From Zancudomyces culisetae HAW-14-8 (taxonomy: Eukaryota; Fungi; Kickxellomycota), in the NCBI GenBank assembly GCA_052426225.1, contig JBNJNM010000011.1:2418001-2482000 (forward strand): 64,000 bases of DNA. Reading direction: 5' to 3'. This document shows, piece after piece, positions 1 to 13,300 of this stretch (position 1 is its first letter; every line of letters starts with the position of its first letter). The notes under the pieces are model-generated. The model saw only the letters and a program-made list of their open reading frames with translations. It was not told where the DNA came from and did not search any database. Both the position numbers and the translations under genes were made by a program.

Positions 1-8
1 AGTATTAC

Positions 9-1620
9 TTATTTATCACTAGTCAAAGCCAGTGAATGTTTGTTTACAGAAGAATCAATGTTCTGATATTCAGGCTTTGTATACAACGTGTTACCAAACA
101 AAACAAACAAATCAAATGTCCAAAACTCCCAAGAAAATTGAAAAGTAGAACGGTAGCCAACCGCATTGTTACCACCTAAACTGCCATTTTGAGCGCCACC
201 AGCCTTAGAATTTTTGCTCCTAGATGAGTAACCTCCTTTGCTACTAGACAGTTCAAAGTCATTTGGAAGTCCAAGATGGCCTAGTTCACCAAAAGTATTG
301 CTGTTGTTGGTCGCTTGAAAATAAATATCAGTATCGCTACAACCCAAGAAACCCCATCCCCTGATAATGTTGTAAATGACTTGGATGAACTTAAACTTGG
401 GCTGTTTTTTATGTTACGATTCGATTTTTTGGTAGAGAATGAGTGACTTGATGATATTGAAAATGGTGCGGTATATCAACTTAGATAACGCACAAAACCA
501 GTACCACGCATCAGAGACAGGTTGCCCTAGCAGTGAAGCATTTTTCTTGATGAAGAATCAATGGTACTCTCATATGGTGAAATTTCATAATCCTCTACTG
601 TAGTATTTGAGTTCAATTTGAGTTTATTACTTTTGTGATTGTGTTCATGTTTGTGTTTAATTTTTGGATCGTGATAAATCGGGACGAATTAAATCCACAC
701 TATCTTTGGTATCGACTTTTCTTATTATTGCAAGTGTGGAATGTCGTCATTTCATCAGATGTCAACCCCAAGTACTCAAAACACGGGGCTTTTGCTTTTT
801 TGTTCAGGATTTTGTAGCTAGGAACCAATCCTTTACGAAACAAACTCCCATGGTCTCTTTGAAAATCTACAGCAAATTTTCGGAACTTTGGATAGTTTGG
901 CGTATCTACCATATCAATCAGATATACAAAATTACTGGAATTGACTTTGCTGCTATCACTGGTGTTGTATATCCCTATCTTTTGCGACTGTGATATGTCT
1001 GCCACGAATTCCGAATAGTCACTAAGAACACATGCTTCAACTACCACTTCCTGAAATCGTTGTGGATCAACATACTTGACAGGAACACCAGACCTACTAA
1101 TTTGGCTAAACACTGCCTCACTCATTTCTGTTCTGAAGGATTCTATAATACTTTGAACCAAACTCACACTTGAAAACCGTAATTCATCGAATCCACACAA
1201 ATTGGGTCTCAATACACCTACACATACACTCGAGATTGAACACAAATACCTTGCTGTTTTTTTCTGTGTCACTACCCTCTGGTATCCCATCTTTTTTCTA
1301 TTCTTGGCCAAACCATTTTTTAACTGTATACTTGAAACATTCTCTTCCGCACTTTCCCATTCCTAGTCTTTCTACTTCCCTTTACTACCGCCACTAACTG
1401 TCTCTTGCTTCTTCTGTACAATCGATTCAACACCTAGGCTCCTAAAATTCTTCATAGTTATTCTATAAACTCCAAGATCTCATCAAAATATCGACCCATT
1501 TTCACTTACCACCACTATGTTTTTGTCACATCCACCGTCTCTACCAACAGCTACACCTATTATATCCATTGTTAGCTCCTCGGCATTTAGACAGATTTCA
1601 AACTCTATTTTTTTTACTTA
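9..1620 (-). pseudogene. Decayed protein-coding sequence of unknown family
   Basis: One minus-strand frame reads KIEFEICLNAEELTMDIIGVAVGRDGGCDKNIVVVSENGSIF**DLG...GK*KD*EW...AKNRKKMGYQR into ORF 700-1311. After further stops and a frameshift it continues TVEDYEISPYEST...IES*HKK... into ORF 9-347. The composition is coding-like, with scattered single stops. Confidence 0.55.
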
Positions 1621-2360
1621 TTCTGCCATATTCAATTGCACTAGGTTGTTTCTTTTCTCTTAACTAAAAAAACCCTCAAGCCCCCTTCTTTAAATTGGAA
1701 GACTTTCATTCATCCCGAGCGCCTTGTTTTTCAAAATATTCTGGATCGTGCTAAATCTCACTTGTTGCGCTCCCACTGCAGTATTACCCTTAGCTTCCTA
1801 TTCTTCGATTGACTTTAAATTGGTGTTGGACTGTGCATCTTCTCTGTGGTCGCCGTGAAATTTGCTTCCTCCACCGTATTTACCAAATTATTTTTTGAAC
1901 TGATTCCCAACTTTACGAAATTTCAAATATTTCCCTGTGCTTACTTGCTCCAAGCAAACTTGAGTATCTCTCAAATAACCACTCAATCAGATTTAGGCCT
2001 AATATTACCTTTAGAACCAGTAAAAGATAATCGTCAATTATTCAAAATTCATCATTTATTGTCTGTACCAAATTCAGTTCATTACATTATACTCATATAT
2101 GTTTATTTTTAAGAATCTGGAAGAAAAAGCAGGGAATTATAATTGATTTTCAAAATTCGCTATATTGTAAGGTATAGATTATTTTGGTTCATTTTGTTCA
2201 TGAAAAATAAATATTAACAAATTTTCAATTTGAGGATGAAGGTGGTAGATTGATAGTAAATTTATATTTATTCATTTGTATTCTTGAATATTAGAAAAAG
2301 TTAATCTAAGGAAATCTGTAACTTGATAAAAAAAACGTTAAAAAATAACAAACAGCAAAG

Positions 2361-2837
2361 TCATTCTGAGTTTATGGATAATAATTTTTTTGGCTCTGGT
2401 TTAGATTTATATCGCTTTCTCAGCTTATCGATATCCGGAGCTCCCTTAGAATTTTTTAATTCGTATTCTAAAAGAATTATATCAATCATATTACCCTGTT
2501 CCACTTGTAATTTTTTTTCCTCTAAGGCCAGTTTTTTTTCCTCTAAGGCCATTCGATCCTTTTCCTTCTTTTCCTCGAAGGTCAGTTTTTCTTTCTCTAA
2601 TTCATAACTCCATTTCTCGCCAAAGAGGTTTTTGATTTGTATGGATAAAATAATAAAGAGACCAAAATATTCGAACTTGGTAATGTTGTTCAATACAAAG
2701 CTCTCCATGATTGTTTCAAGTAAAAAGTCTGATTGTAGTATTAATTCCGGTCTGGCTAATATAATTATGGAAATAGTGTTTGTTAGCCTCTTTATCGTGG
2801 ATGACGATGGTCTTTTTATACTTGAAGAGGTTGCCAT
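2361..2837 (-). CDS. Hypothetical small protein, one hydrophobic segment plus coiled coil
   Basis: 158-aa ORF with a hydrophobic FEYFGLFIILSI segment followed by (A)LEEKKL heptads. These are encoded by a ~21-bp tandem duplication at about 2511-2551. No family recognised. Confidence 0.35.
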   Translation of the reverse strand: MATSSSIKRPSSSTIKRLTNTISIIILARPELILQSDFLLETIMESFVLNNITKFEYFGLFIILSIQIKNLFGEKWSYELEKEKLTFEEKKEKDRMALEEKKLALEEKKLQVEQGNMIDIILLEYELKNSKGAPDIDKLRKRYKSKPEPKKLLSINSE

Positions 2838-4814
2838 ATTCGGTATCAGTGAAGTCTTTATTTCAATTCTAGATATACTCTATACTTGTTTTTCCAAGTA
2901 TCACAAACAAGTTCGAATGGTATAATGTTCAATATAATGGTATTTATTATCACTTATACAAAGATTAATGATTCTTTGCAAAGAAATCAAGTCAATTCAA
3001 CATCAACAAGTTATTCGGTATTTATATAATATATTCATAAAGCAAAGAAAATCAGCAACATCTATAAACATTTCAATAAACTCTTTGTGCGTTGAATGAG
3101 CAAATTTATTGTATCTGGTAGAAAAATATGACGCTTAATATACTTTGAAATGTGATGTTACAAAGGCAATATAGTTGTTTATGTTTTTCTGTAGTGCTAC
3201 GAATTAGTGAAAATTTAGCATTAGTAAATTATTCATCAAAGACAGTTTCATTTTTTTGCTAATGTTAAAAGGAGTGGAAAGTAAAAGCGTACTTGATATT
3301 GACTTTATTTTTCAAACAGTGGTCTTAATTTCATATACCTATACTATAATTGTAAAATGTTTCTTTTTGTTAAAAGAAAATCATCATAGTAATTGACTAC
3401 AACTTTAAATTAATCAATAAATTGTGATTCTGTTTTCTTGAAAGTTAAATAAACAGGTTAGTTGTAAAAATCAGTATGTTTATTTACATACGAAACATCT
3501 AACAAACAAATATCAAAAAATACTAATAAGTTCATTTCCTTTGTAATAACAAAACCTAATTTGGTCGAGATATCGAGGAAGTTTATACCCCCTAAAAACC
3601 TATTTGCTCAATTCTTTTTTTCTTTTCCCTTCACCTTTATAATTGTTATTACCTTAGAGACATTTACTTTGTTTAAAGACAATTTGGTTCCTGTATCGTA
3701 ACACAGCTCTTTATAGTAAATACCCCTCAAAAAAAATATATTTGCTATTGATCTAGAGTCAATCTACAAACATCCAATTACCAATATGAATAATTCCAAG
3801 TCAAAACAAATTGACTTTTGACTTTACTAGATCTTTGTTAATTTATACATACATTTTGTTTTAACTATATATTTTTTATAGTACAATTTAGTTATGTTTC
3901 ACCCAACAAGGTTTGGCTCACCATAGTAGTTGCTATCCAACTCAACCGAGAATAATAAGCTGACTATCTAACATTTTGTTTACCATGATTTCAAACAGTT
4001 TTAAAAAAACATTTAATGCTTTATTCCGTTATCCTACTTTGTTGAACGATATTAGGCCAGTCTACCAAAAGTTGTAACTCAACCAACTATTTTAACATTA
4101 AATATTGATGTTTTGAAAATACTAGAAGCTGGTCTATCCAATATTAATATTATAATATATTTTACTATTATACACTGTGGTTCTTGTGTAATCACTTTAT
4201 TTTTGTAAAATAGAACATAGAGTATATTTCATTTAACGTTCAATCCAATGTACAATAACTACAATATCTGAGGACAGTTTATTTTATGATAGATAAATTT
4301 ATTAAATAAATATCACACAAAACTATAAAAAAATAATAGTTTATAACACCTACCTAACCAACTCCCCTCCGCCCCTCTAAAAATTCCTTATTCTCTTGGA
4401 GTTGATTCAAGATATTTACCCTGCCTTAGTATTATTTCCAAAAAGTTCGCTGTATTCAGCGCAACTAAGGATAGTACTTTTGCTTCTTACTTCTTATTCT
4501 TCTGGGTTTAGTACATCTGGAATTTTTTGTTTCAGTAGCTATACCCAAGAAGCCACCCAATATTTGCATTCTAGAAAAAAACATTCAACTTTCACCTACT
4601 CTTCAATTTTCAGATGTGTTGAGCCCAACCCAATCATTTTAGCAGGAATTGCTCGTGTTTCGATTTGTTGATTTTAGTTCAAGTTTGTACAAGCATTGTT
4701 GAGGTATATTTAATTTCTTTGTTGTTATTATTCATACCAGAAAAAAAAGTAAAAATAAATAATAGACAAGTACCATATATTTGAGGCATCTACAAATGAT
4801 TTGAAAATGAAAAA

Positions 4815-7800
4815 ATGACAGCAATTAACATGACAATTGAGGATATAACCAGGCAACTATCAGGTACTTTAAAACCGACTTTTCAAAATGAACTTGAAGA
4901 ATTGAAAAAAGTAGGAACCCAAAGAGATTCACGAAGACCCAGCAAAAAAAGTAGAAATCCAGATGAAGCTATGGGTAGTGACGGTGGAGAGATGGGTAAT
5001 CCTGGAACAATATCAGGAAAAGGAACAAAAGGCGGCATGGTAGCAGTGTCGGCGATGGCTGCGAGTAATATTAACAAAAAGAGAATGGGTACAAAAAGGG
5101 ATTTGGATGTAGAGGCATCTAGATCTTTGAAAATACCATTGGGTTCATTAGGATCCGATTGTAATGATAAAGTTGTTGTTAATTTGTTGGAGCCATTGCA
5201 GCTTGATCTTTTATTTGAATTGAAAAAACGGGCAATCAAGGAACCAAAAGAAGAAAGAGTTAAAATATTATCTGTGAGTTCAGTTTTTTCTTTGTTTCCA
5301 AATTTCTCTGGTTTTTCTTGATGTGATGGCTAAATAATATAGGTATAATATATATGTACATATGTAAATTTAAACGTAGTGGGCTGCACATCTACTAGGG
5401 TTATATACATCTATAGCGAGTAAGAACAAAGCTTGTTAATTCATTCATTTTTGTATATATATGCAACTGTTGGTGTTTATAAATCTATAAATCAACTGAA
5501 AAAATAATAGTCATGAGCGAGAATGTGGTAGTCGAACAGTTGTGTAGTCTAGGCAGTTTTCAAGAAGTGGTAAATCTAATGATGATATGCGTGGAGGCAG
5601 GATATTCGGTTAAAGGAAAAAAGGGTAGTGAAATAGAGTTTGTCAAAAAGATATTGACATCAAATGATAGCAATGTCGGAGATGTGCTTATAGGTAGATA
5701 TGCGGAGAAACATGGGGAAACATTGTTGCGGTCATTGCACGAGGAGCTGATAGAAACACTTGCAAGGTGAGTGCATTTTTCTTTTTACAGGAAATATAAG
5801 GAGGGAATTAGGAGAGGAGGGAGGGGATTTCTAGGTTGAGAGATTGTGGTGAAACTGAAAATTTGTGATAATATGGATAATAGGGGAGAAAATAGACCAA
5901 AAGACATTGCAGCTGTAGTTAAGGATATTGGAAAAATGTACTGGAGAGAAAACCAAAGAGCGTTGAATGGATTAGTTATTGAGTATGAAAAGGGACTGGT
6001 AAGCGAAGAAGGGGCAGAGGATGGAGAATGGAGGAGGTATATAATATACTATATACTCTTTGAGGAATCAAGTGGGTACTGGAGTATGATCGAAACGAAT
6101 AAGGCAAGGGGGATAGAAAAGATCTATGAGGAAGGGTTTATAGCAAAAATTGTGGAAAAAGAATTTAAGCAAGGATTTTCAAAAATACCAAAAAACAAGC
6201 ACATGGACAAGAGTGGCCGTGTTGAAGGTGATAAGGAAGAAAAAGTGGAACAAGAAGAGGAAGCCCAGGTGATAGGGAGGCATATGGCAGAACTGATACT
6301 TGGTGTGTTTGAGGGAGATAGAATTTTCAAAAGCTATGAAAATATCAAAGTGGTCACAAGTATTCTAGATTTGATTGTAAGGTTTGGTGAAGAAGTGCAA
6401 AAGAGTGAAGTGGTCGAATCATGGCAAGAAAGTGTATTGGTTTCGGCATACGCGATACTCAATAGAATCCTTACCAAAACAATAGACTGGCAGACACTAA
6501 AGCAGCTCATAAGGAGTGCAAACACTGTTCCCAATCTCCAGCCTGCAGGCGTAGGGAATTTTTTTTCAGATTTATCGCTGATGAAGCAACTTGGATTTTC
6601 GGGAACAACAGGGTTTTCAGGATTGGGGATCGGGGATACAGAGGCTATAGTGGCAGAATTAATGGAAAAATATCAAGTAGCACTCAATAAGTATGAGAAC
6701 AAAAGTGATGAGTTGGCGAGTAGTTTATTTTTGAAGGTGTTTCCGCGAGTATTGGAAAACGTTTGGATACGTGCTGACTCTGTACAAATGCGGGGAATAT
6801 TTCTTTCGTTTGTTTTGAAATGGCCAATGCGGGTAATCAGTGATACGAATGAAGTAGGAAAGAGAGTGAGCCTGAGGAGTAGTAAAGCGTTTATTCGGTG
6901 TATTATTGAATTTGATTTTCTGAGCAGGGGAATGCAGAGCTCGGTGATTCCAGAACTAATAGAGTTGCTGGCAAATGGAAAACTCGATGAGTTTCAAACG
7001 TGTCGGCTGCTAGATGGGTTGTTTGTTATGACATTTTACATGAAAGATCAGGAAACAGTTGATCTGTTGTCATACGAAGAATTCAAAGGATTAAACCAAG
7101 CCAGCAAAGGTGGAGGCGATGGTGGGTTCAAGAGAATAGCCAATAGCGGGCCAAAGATTGTACCAAGACTTTGTGTGGATTTTTCGGGGTATACGATAAA
7201 TGTGACGCATAGACTGTGGGAAACAAGGACAAATAAAGTTCTGGATGGATTGAAGCGGATGGCGTACTTGACAGAGAGGAGCAAAGCCGAGTTTTTGAGG
7301 TCGTTTGAGCAAGTGGTTATTAATATGTGTACTACAATTCGGATAATCACCAATTTAGTAGACCTTTCACGCGATGGAAGGCCAGGTTCCCGCGGGTATG
7401 GTTGTTCGGAGCTGGCCTCGTTAGTGTTTAAATCGTTGGATTTGATTGGGGTGATAGCCAGTATTGGTTATCAGAAGGAGTTGGTAGTAGATTTGCTGGT
7501 TCCATTGAGGAGGCTGGTTATTGCACTTTCTTCAATCAAGGTACTTAAAAATCAAATTTTGATAAAGCTGCTGGATTTTGTTTATCACGATTTCGGATAT
7601 TTTTACTCGAAATTCTTTAAATCCTATACCAATTCTTCGACTGCTGAGGGATTGCAAGGTCAGATGTATCAAACTATGTCGCTAGTACCAAACGGTGACA
7701 TATTCGGGTTTGGTTTTAGGGATTCTTTGGTCGAACAGGAATACTCAAGCTTTATGACAAATAACCAAAATTCTGATATTTACCCAATGAACGAGTTGAG

Positions 7801-8524
7801 CTTGTATCACAAAAAAGATGGTGGTGTTATACCCATAGAAAAGAATTGGTTTTTCGGGTCTAAATCCAGAGATTGGCTGATAGATTTGATATTTTGTGGT
7901 AAGTGTCTTTTATTTCCTCTTGTAAACAATTGGTACAGTTAGAATATGTGGGGAAAAAGTAGCTAGCCTAAAGATAGATTAAAATTTAATAACAGCAAAT
8001 AATTATATGTGTTTGTAGCAATGTCCTCAGGTTACAGCAAGCCAGATGGAAATGCAAGGTCCAAAGGTACAATCGTTGCTTCGGATCTCAGCACATGTAA
8101 CTATGGAGTGATTGTTAAACTAATATCAGAGTATTACGACCTGTTAGCTGTCGATGTGTCATCTCTGAGCAACACCAACTCTTTAAAGGATTCTCAGGTA
8201 GATTTTTTGCACGATTTGAAGATGAATCCGGAACTTTTGATAGTATTTACTACCTGCATTATTCAAAACGAAGTCAGTTTTGATACAGCCGTACCGATTG
8301 TAAAATCACTGGTTTTAGCATTGGCAATATATTGGAGGCATTCAATGTCACTGGAGCCACTAAAGAACAAAAAAATTGATTTGGATTTCACACTTTATGT
8401 TGTAAAACATGTTGTTCAGGTAAATACCATTCTTAGGTTTTACATGTATCATTTGTTGGTGGGTGTGGTGATTTTGGTAGGGCAAAGGTAGTGGATAAAT
8501 ATATGCCCAGACTATTAATACCAT

Positions 8525-8577
<53 letters not shown>

Positions 8578-8887
8578 TTATTATTATTATTATTATTATT
8601 AGGGATTTCTAAAGTTCAAGACTAAGCTGGTGGACAGCAAAGTGTTTATATCATATCTTGAAAATCTGGAAGTATTGATTCCGAAAATCAGTCCTAATGA
8701 TATATCCAAGGTTTTGTATACAGTTTTTTACAACACACTATTGTCATTTAGCGAAAACAGTAGTGATAAAGGTAAAAGCGACAACCTGGTGCATCCAACG
8801 GCAGTTAATGAATCCATAAGCTTGGTAAAATATTTGCTCAAAAAAAACATACACGCCTGTCTTGAAATTGTTAAAAATTTCTACTAA
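4815..8887 (+). CDS. INTS5: Putative Integrator complex subunit 5 homologue (6 exons, ~1151 aa)
   Basis: Frame-consistent GT-AG exons: 4815-5273, 5380-5419, 5511-5766, 5884-7898, 8019-8419, 8603-8887. The C-terminus (IVKSLVLALAIYW...YLENLEVLIPKISPNDISKVLYTVF...[21 protein letters not shown]) and N-terminal ILSWAAHLLG...DVLIGRYAEKHGETLL follow the pattern of metazoan INTS5 as recalled from memory. Gene structure is confident; identity is moderate. Confidence 0.65.
8523..8600 (+). repeat. Compound (TAC)n(TAT)n microsatellite in the last intron
   Basis: Perfect trinucleotide run reaching the 3' splice AG at 8601-8602. Confidence 0.95.
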
Positions 8888-10357
8888 CTTGGTGACATTT
8901 TTCCTGTGCTTTACTCTACGAGTTGTTTTATTTTATAGATATTGAGCCCATTCAATAAAAGTATTGACCAGAGAATGTAGACAAAAAGATTTGTGATACT
9001 ATTTTAACTGGATAGGGAGTTGGGGAGGGGGGGGGGGGATTAAAGTTTAGATTGATAATATCTCATACATGATAGTTGGATCTAGACCTCACCTCACCTC
9101 ACCTCGCCCTTCCTTTTCATTTTTTTTTTGCTTGCATGGATAACCAAGGAACGATCCAGCTCTCCATATCTGAGGAGCTTTTAATACCAATAGGGAAATA
9201 TAGCACTCGAAACACTACATGTACATGTGTAAAGTAAAAAATGTAACGCTATAATTTATTTACTAACTTGGATATTTATTTGTTTTCTTTGGATCCTTAA
9301 TGGCTAGTACTTTGCTTATGCAAAATAAATGGAAGCTCATAGGTATACTAAAAAAAAAAGAAAAATATAGAGGGCCAAGACAAAGTAAACCAGGCATAAA
9401 ATAACCTGTATAATGAGAAGAAAAGCGGATTGGTAGTGGCGTTATTGTATTTTTCGTTTAGTGTTGTTCATTTTTGCCAAATAATTGTGAAATAAAAGCA
9501 AGGTCAAGTACACAAATTAGGTCTGGGAGGGGGTGGGGAAAGGAGAGGTTTTTCAACATTATTTTTCATGTTTCCCTAATTGATTTTCATGCTCATAATT
9601 ATTTATTTATTTTTTTCATCTGCGTCAGAATAATTAATTTCCTGCAAATTTATGCAACCAAACAAAATTATGATTAAAAGAAAGAAAAAGAAAAAGAAAA
9701 AGAAAAACAGAAATTTGAGGACTTGGGAAATTAAATGTAAATTACAAGTGCAACAATCTAAACGAAATACATCATTTTAAAGTTCATTTGTTGGATAGAA
9801 AAAAAATGCAAAAAGTTGAAAGTTTGAAAATTCGAATACCGACGACAAAACCCTGATTTATTAATAAATTTCTGGGCTCTTATTTTTAATCGCTACTACT
9901 ATCCAATACATCATTGGCTTCCTACTCCCTTCGCCCTCTCTTCCTCTCTCTCTCTCATTCCCCCCCTCCCCTTAATTTTAATTTTATTTCTGAATTTTAG
10001 TTCTTGCCTCCAATAAACAGAAAGAAAGGTCAAATTTTGGATGAGCATTTGGAAGCAATATATGCAACATTTATATTTCTTTGCAAAGGAAAGAAGTCAA
10101 GTAAATAGATAAAGCTTAGAAGACTTTTATTATTTATTTTTTGAGAGTGAGAGAATTTACGATATTTGAATAGTATAGTTAGTATATGTAATGGTAAAAA
10201 AAGATATCAAGGCTGTAGGAATATAGAGAAGCAGTGTAGAGAATATATTATTATCATTATTGTTATATATTTTCTCAATTAACAAGCTAGATTAAATTAA
10301 ATTAAAAACGAAATACAGGGTAAAAAAAAATCTGGGGATAAATCCAAGTGTGAAGTG

Positions 10358-13300
10358 ATGAACAGGTAAGTCTTTAACATTTTAATTCGTATATCAACAC
10401 TTTACCCCCCCCCCCCCCACACACACACAAAAAAAGAATAGTTGGGGGAGAGGACAGGAGAAGAGAAGAAAGAAATACAGAGGAAGAAAAGAAGATAATT
10501 GGGGTTATAACGAGTTGATTAAACATTTGCGAAATATTATAAAAATATAGTATACAAAGACAAATCACAGACGAGTTGGCAGAGGTGTTATCGCTAACTT
10601 CAGGAGTGCAAATTGTAAATGGCGCAGCCATAGTCAGCGACAAGACAGTTGAACAGATGGTTCAGGAATGTGATTTATTGGTGGAAGGAAAGAAGAGGCA
10701 GAAAGCGGGCATGAATGGGAGTGTTAAGAAGAGAAAGCAAGATGAAATTACGTTAAAGCAGCAGAATCTGATAATGATGTTGGCCAAGACAGCGAAAAAC
10801 AGTGTGAATAGTGAGATGCAGGATTTTTTGATTGGTAAACTACTGGCGACATTTAAAAGTATTAAGGAGTACAGTTTGGAAAAGGACAAGGTTTTGAGAG
10901 CAAATGTACCGTTGACACATGAGTTTATGAAAGAACTTACCCAAGAATTATTGGAAATCAAGGCTAAGATCAGTCGGTACGAAAAGGCAATAAGAGAGAC
11001 TGTTTGGGGTGAATTGTACGAGTTAGAAATGAAGGTATACAAGTCTTCAACTGGCGAGGCGTGGAGTGAAACAATTCCAGCACTGATGGGGATAATGGAA
11101 GCGTTGGAAAGCGATAAAGGTAAAGTTACGCAAGACGATGTTGCAGCAGCGGTTGGATTGGTGAATAGACAGATAAAAGCAGACATGCTGCATGTGATGA
11201 ATGGGTTGGTGGCAAATGTACAGAAGAAATCACACAACTCGCGTGGGAGGATTTCATTGACGATATATGCGATGAATGGGTATAAACCTTCGGGAAATAT
11301 GATTGTTACGCAAATGTTGAGAGTGTTACAAAAGATACTGAGTGGAGAGTACTATAGACTATTTCATGAACAAGGGTGGGAGATGAGGAGAAGAGGAAAA
11401 GCGAAAAACAGCCATCAAAAACAACAACGACAACAGCAACAGCAACAACATTTGGTACTTGATAGTGTTGGTGGTGGATTGATGGCGGGATATGCAGATG
11501 GGATAGGCAATGTGATGGGTGAAGAGCTAGATGTTGCGTTGGACCATGAGATGGTGACGCTTAGTAAGAAAATGATAGAGACATTTCTGGGAATGCGAAC
11601 GGTGGTAGTGACATCAGTTAAAGAAAATGAAAAATTAAAGTCATCGGTGAAGGCGTCAGCCGACGAAATGATGATATTGAGTTTGCGAATAGGAACGTTA
11701 ATAAGTGTGATAAGGGCGAGAATCGATGAGGAATTGTTGAAGTGTATATTTGGGTACATTCGAAGTGCATATTCGAGTGCATCACCAAGAGTTATGCAGA
11801 CAAGTTTTGAGGTACTGGCAATGATGGCGGAATATTTCGAGGAAATTAGAGACCCAACAGCACAGGTAGCTGTGGAGTTTGTGGTTCGACAGCAGAGTGT
11901 TTTGGAGATATACCGTGAGGAAAACACGTATGCACAACAAGTACAGATAATGGAATTTGCAGCAACAGCGTTGTGTAAAGCGGTGGTTGGGGCAAGTTCA
12001 GAGATGAGTATATGCACAAGAGGAACGGGAGAACGGGAGGGAAGTGAAGGAGGTGATGAGCATAAGGCAGTGGCTTCAGCGATGCATGAGCTATTAAACA
12101 CACTGCTTACGGCAAAGGCAACAGGGTTGGAGGAAATCAAAGGAATGAAAAGGCGAGTGGCAGTGACGTTAGCCAAACTGGCAACGTTGGATGGTAGTGA
12201 AGAGATTATATACTTAGCACTGGGGATGTTGTTAGGGCCAGTATTTAAGGATATTGAAGATTTGAATGAGCTTCTTATCAATTGCATTCGACAGATTGGG
12301 GTTAAAGGCACTTCAGATACACGAATACATGTGATAACAATTATTTTAGGATACTTGTCGTTCCGAAATGATTCGTGGAGACTGAGTACATTGCATACAG
12401 CATCGAATGCGTTAGTCAAATTAATTAACACAGGAAATGACGCAGAAGGTAGTGAACAGGTGTTGACGATAGTGATCCGGGCATTTATTTCAGCGACGGG
12501 GCCATCAGCAGCAGCCGCAGCTGCAGCCTCAGCGGCGGCAGCAACATCAACATCAACACCAATGTTTGCGGGGAGTAAAGGAGGGGAGAGGGAACCCAAG
12601 GCAGAGAATCGGTTGCAATTGAAGTTGTACCTACCGATATTGTTGGCAGCATCGTCCAAATGTAATGTGGCAACAGCATCGGCAGAAATAGTGTCGTTGT
12701 GGAGACAGTTGTGGTTCCATTTGATTATTAATGGGTTGATAGAGGGTAAACTGATGAAGTCGACAGAAAAGGCGTTGTTGATAGAATTGGCACAGAATAC
12801 ACCTTTGCTGGTTCATCCAACCACCGTGAATTATTTGGAGACTGAGCTTGAGTATAGCTTGCCATCCAAGACGTTGACAGACTCGGTAGCATTGGCGACC
12901 CAATTGCGGGGAACGTTGAATGATTTGCTACCTACGTGTTATAGCCAGCTGAAGTATATGGAGCTACCACAGTTGGTATTTTTGATGGCAGTGTATTATA
13001 CAGAAACGAGTCGAGCCAAGTTGGGAAGTATTTGTTCGTTTATAGGATATTTTTCAAGTTTGGCAGTCAAGACATCAAAGTTATTGAGTCCATTGGAGGA
13101 AATGTTTAAGATAGCAGTTAAAGTATATCTAAAGGGATCGAAAAATATTATGATAATGAAACGAAAACAACAACGGCAAGGAACCAGTTCAATTTCAGCA
13201 ATGAGAACAACTACAGCTGATACAGCATCAAAAAAGTCAGATCAAGATGATGTTCAACTTAAATTATATGAGACAAGAGCAGCGGGGAATAGTCGGGAGA

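Noticed and set aside
11415-12659. 414-aa antisense ORF within STT4, and similar antisense ORFs in VPH1 and myosin
   Set aside because: Expected from codon bias on the sense strand; no domain features.
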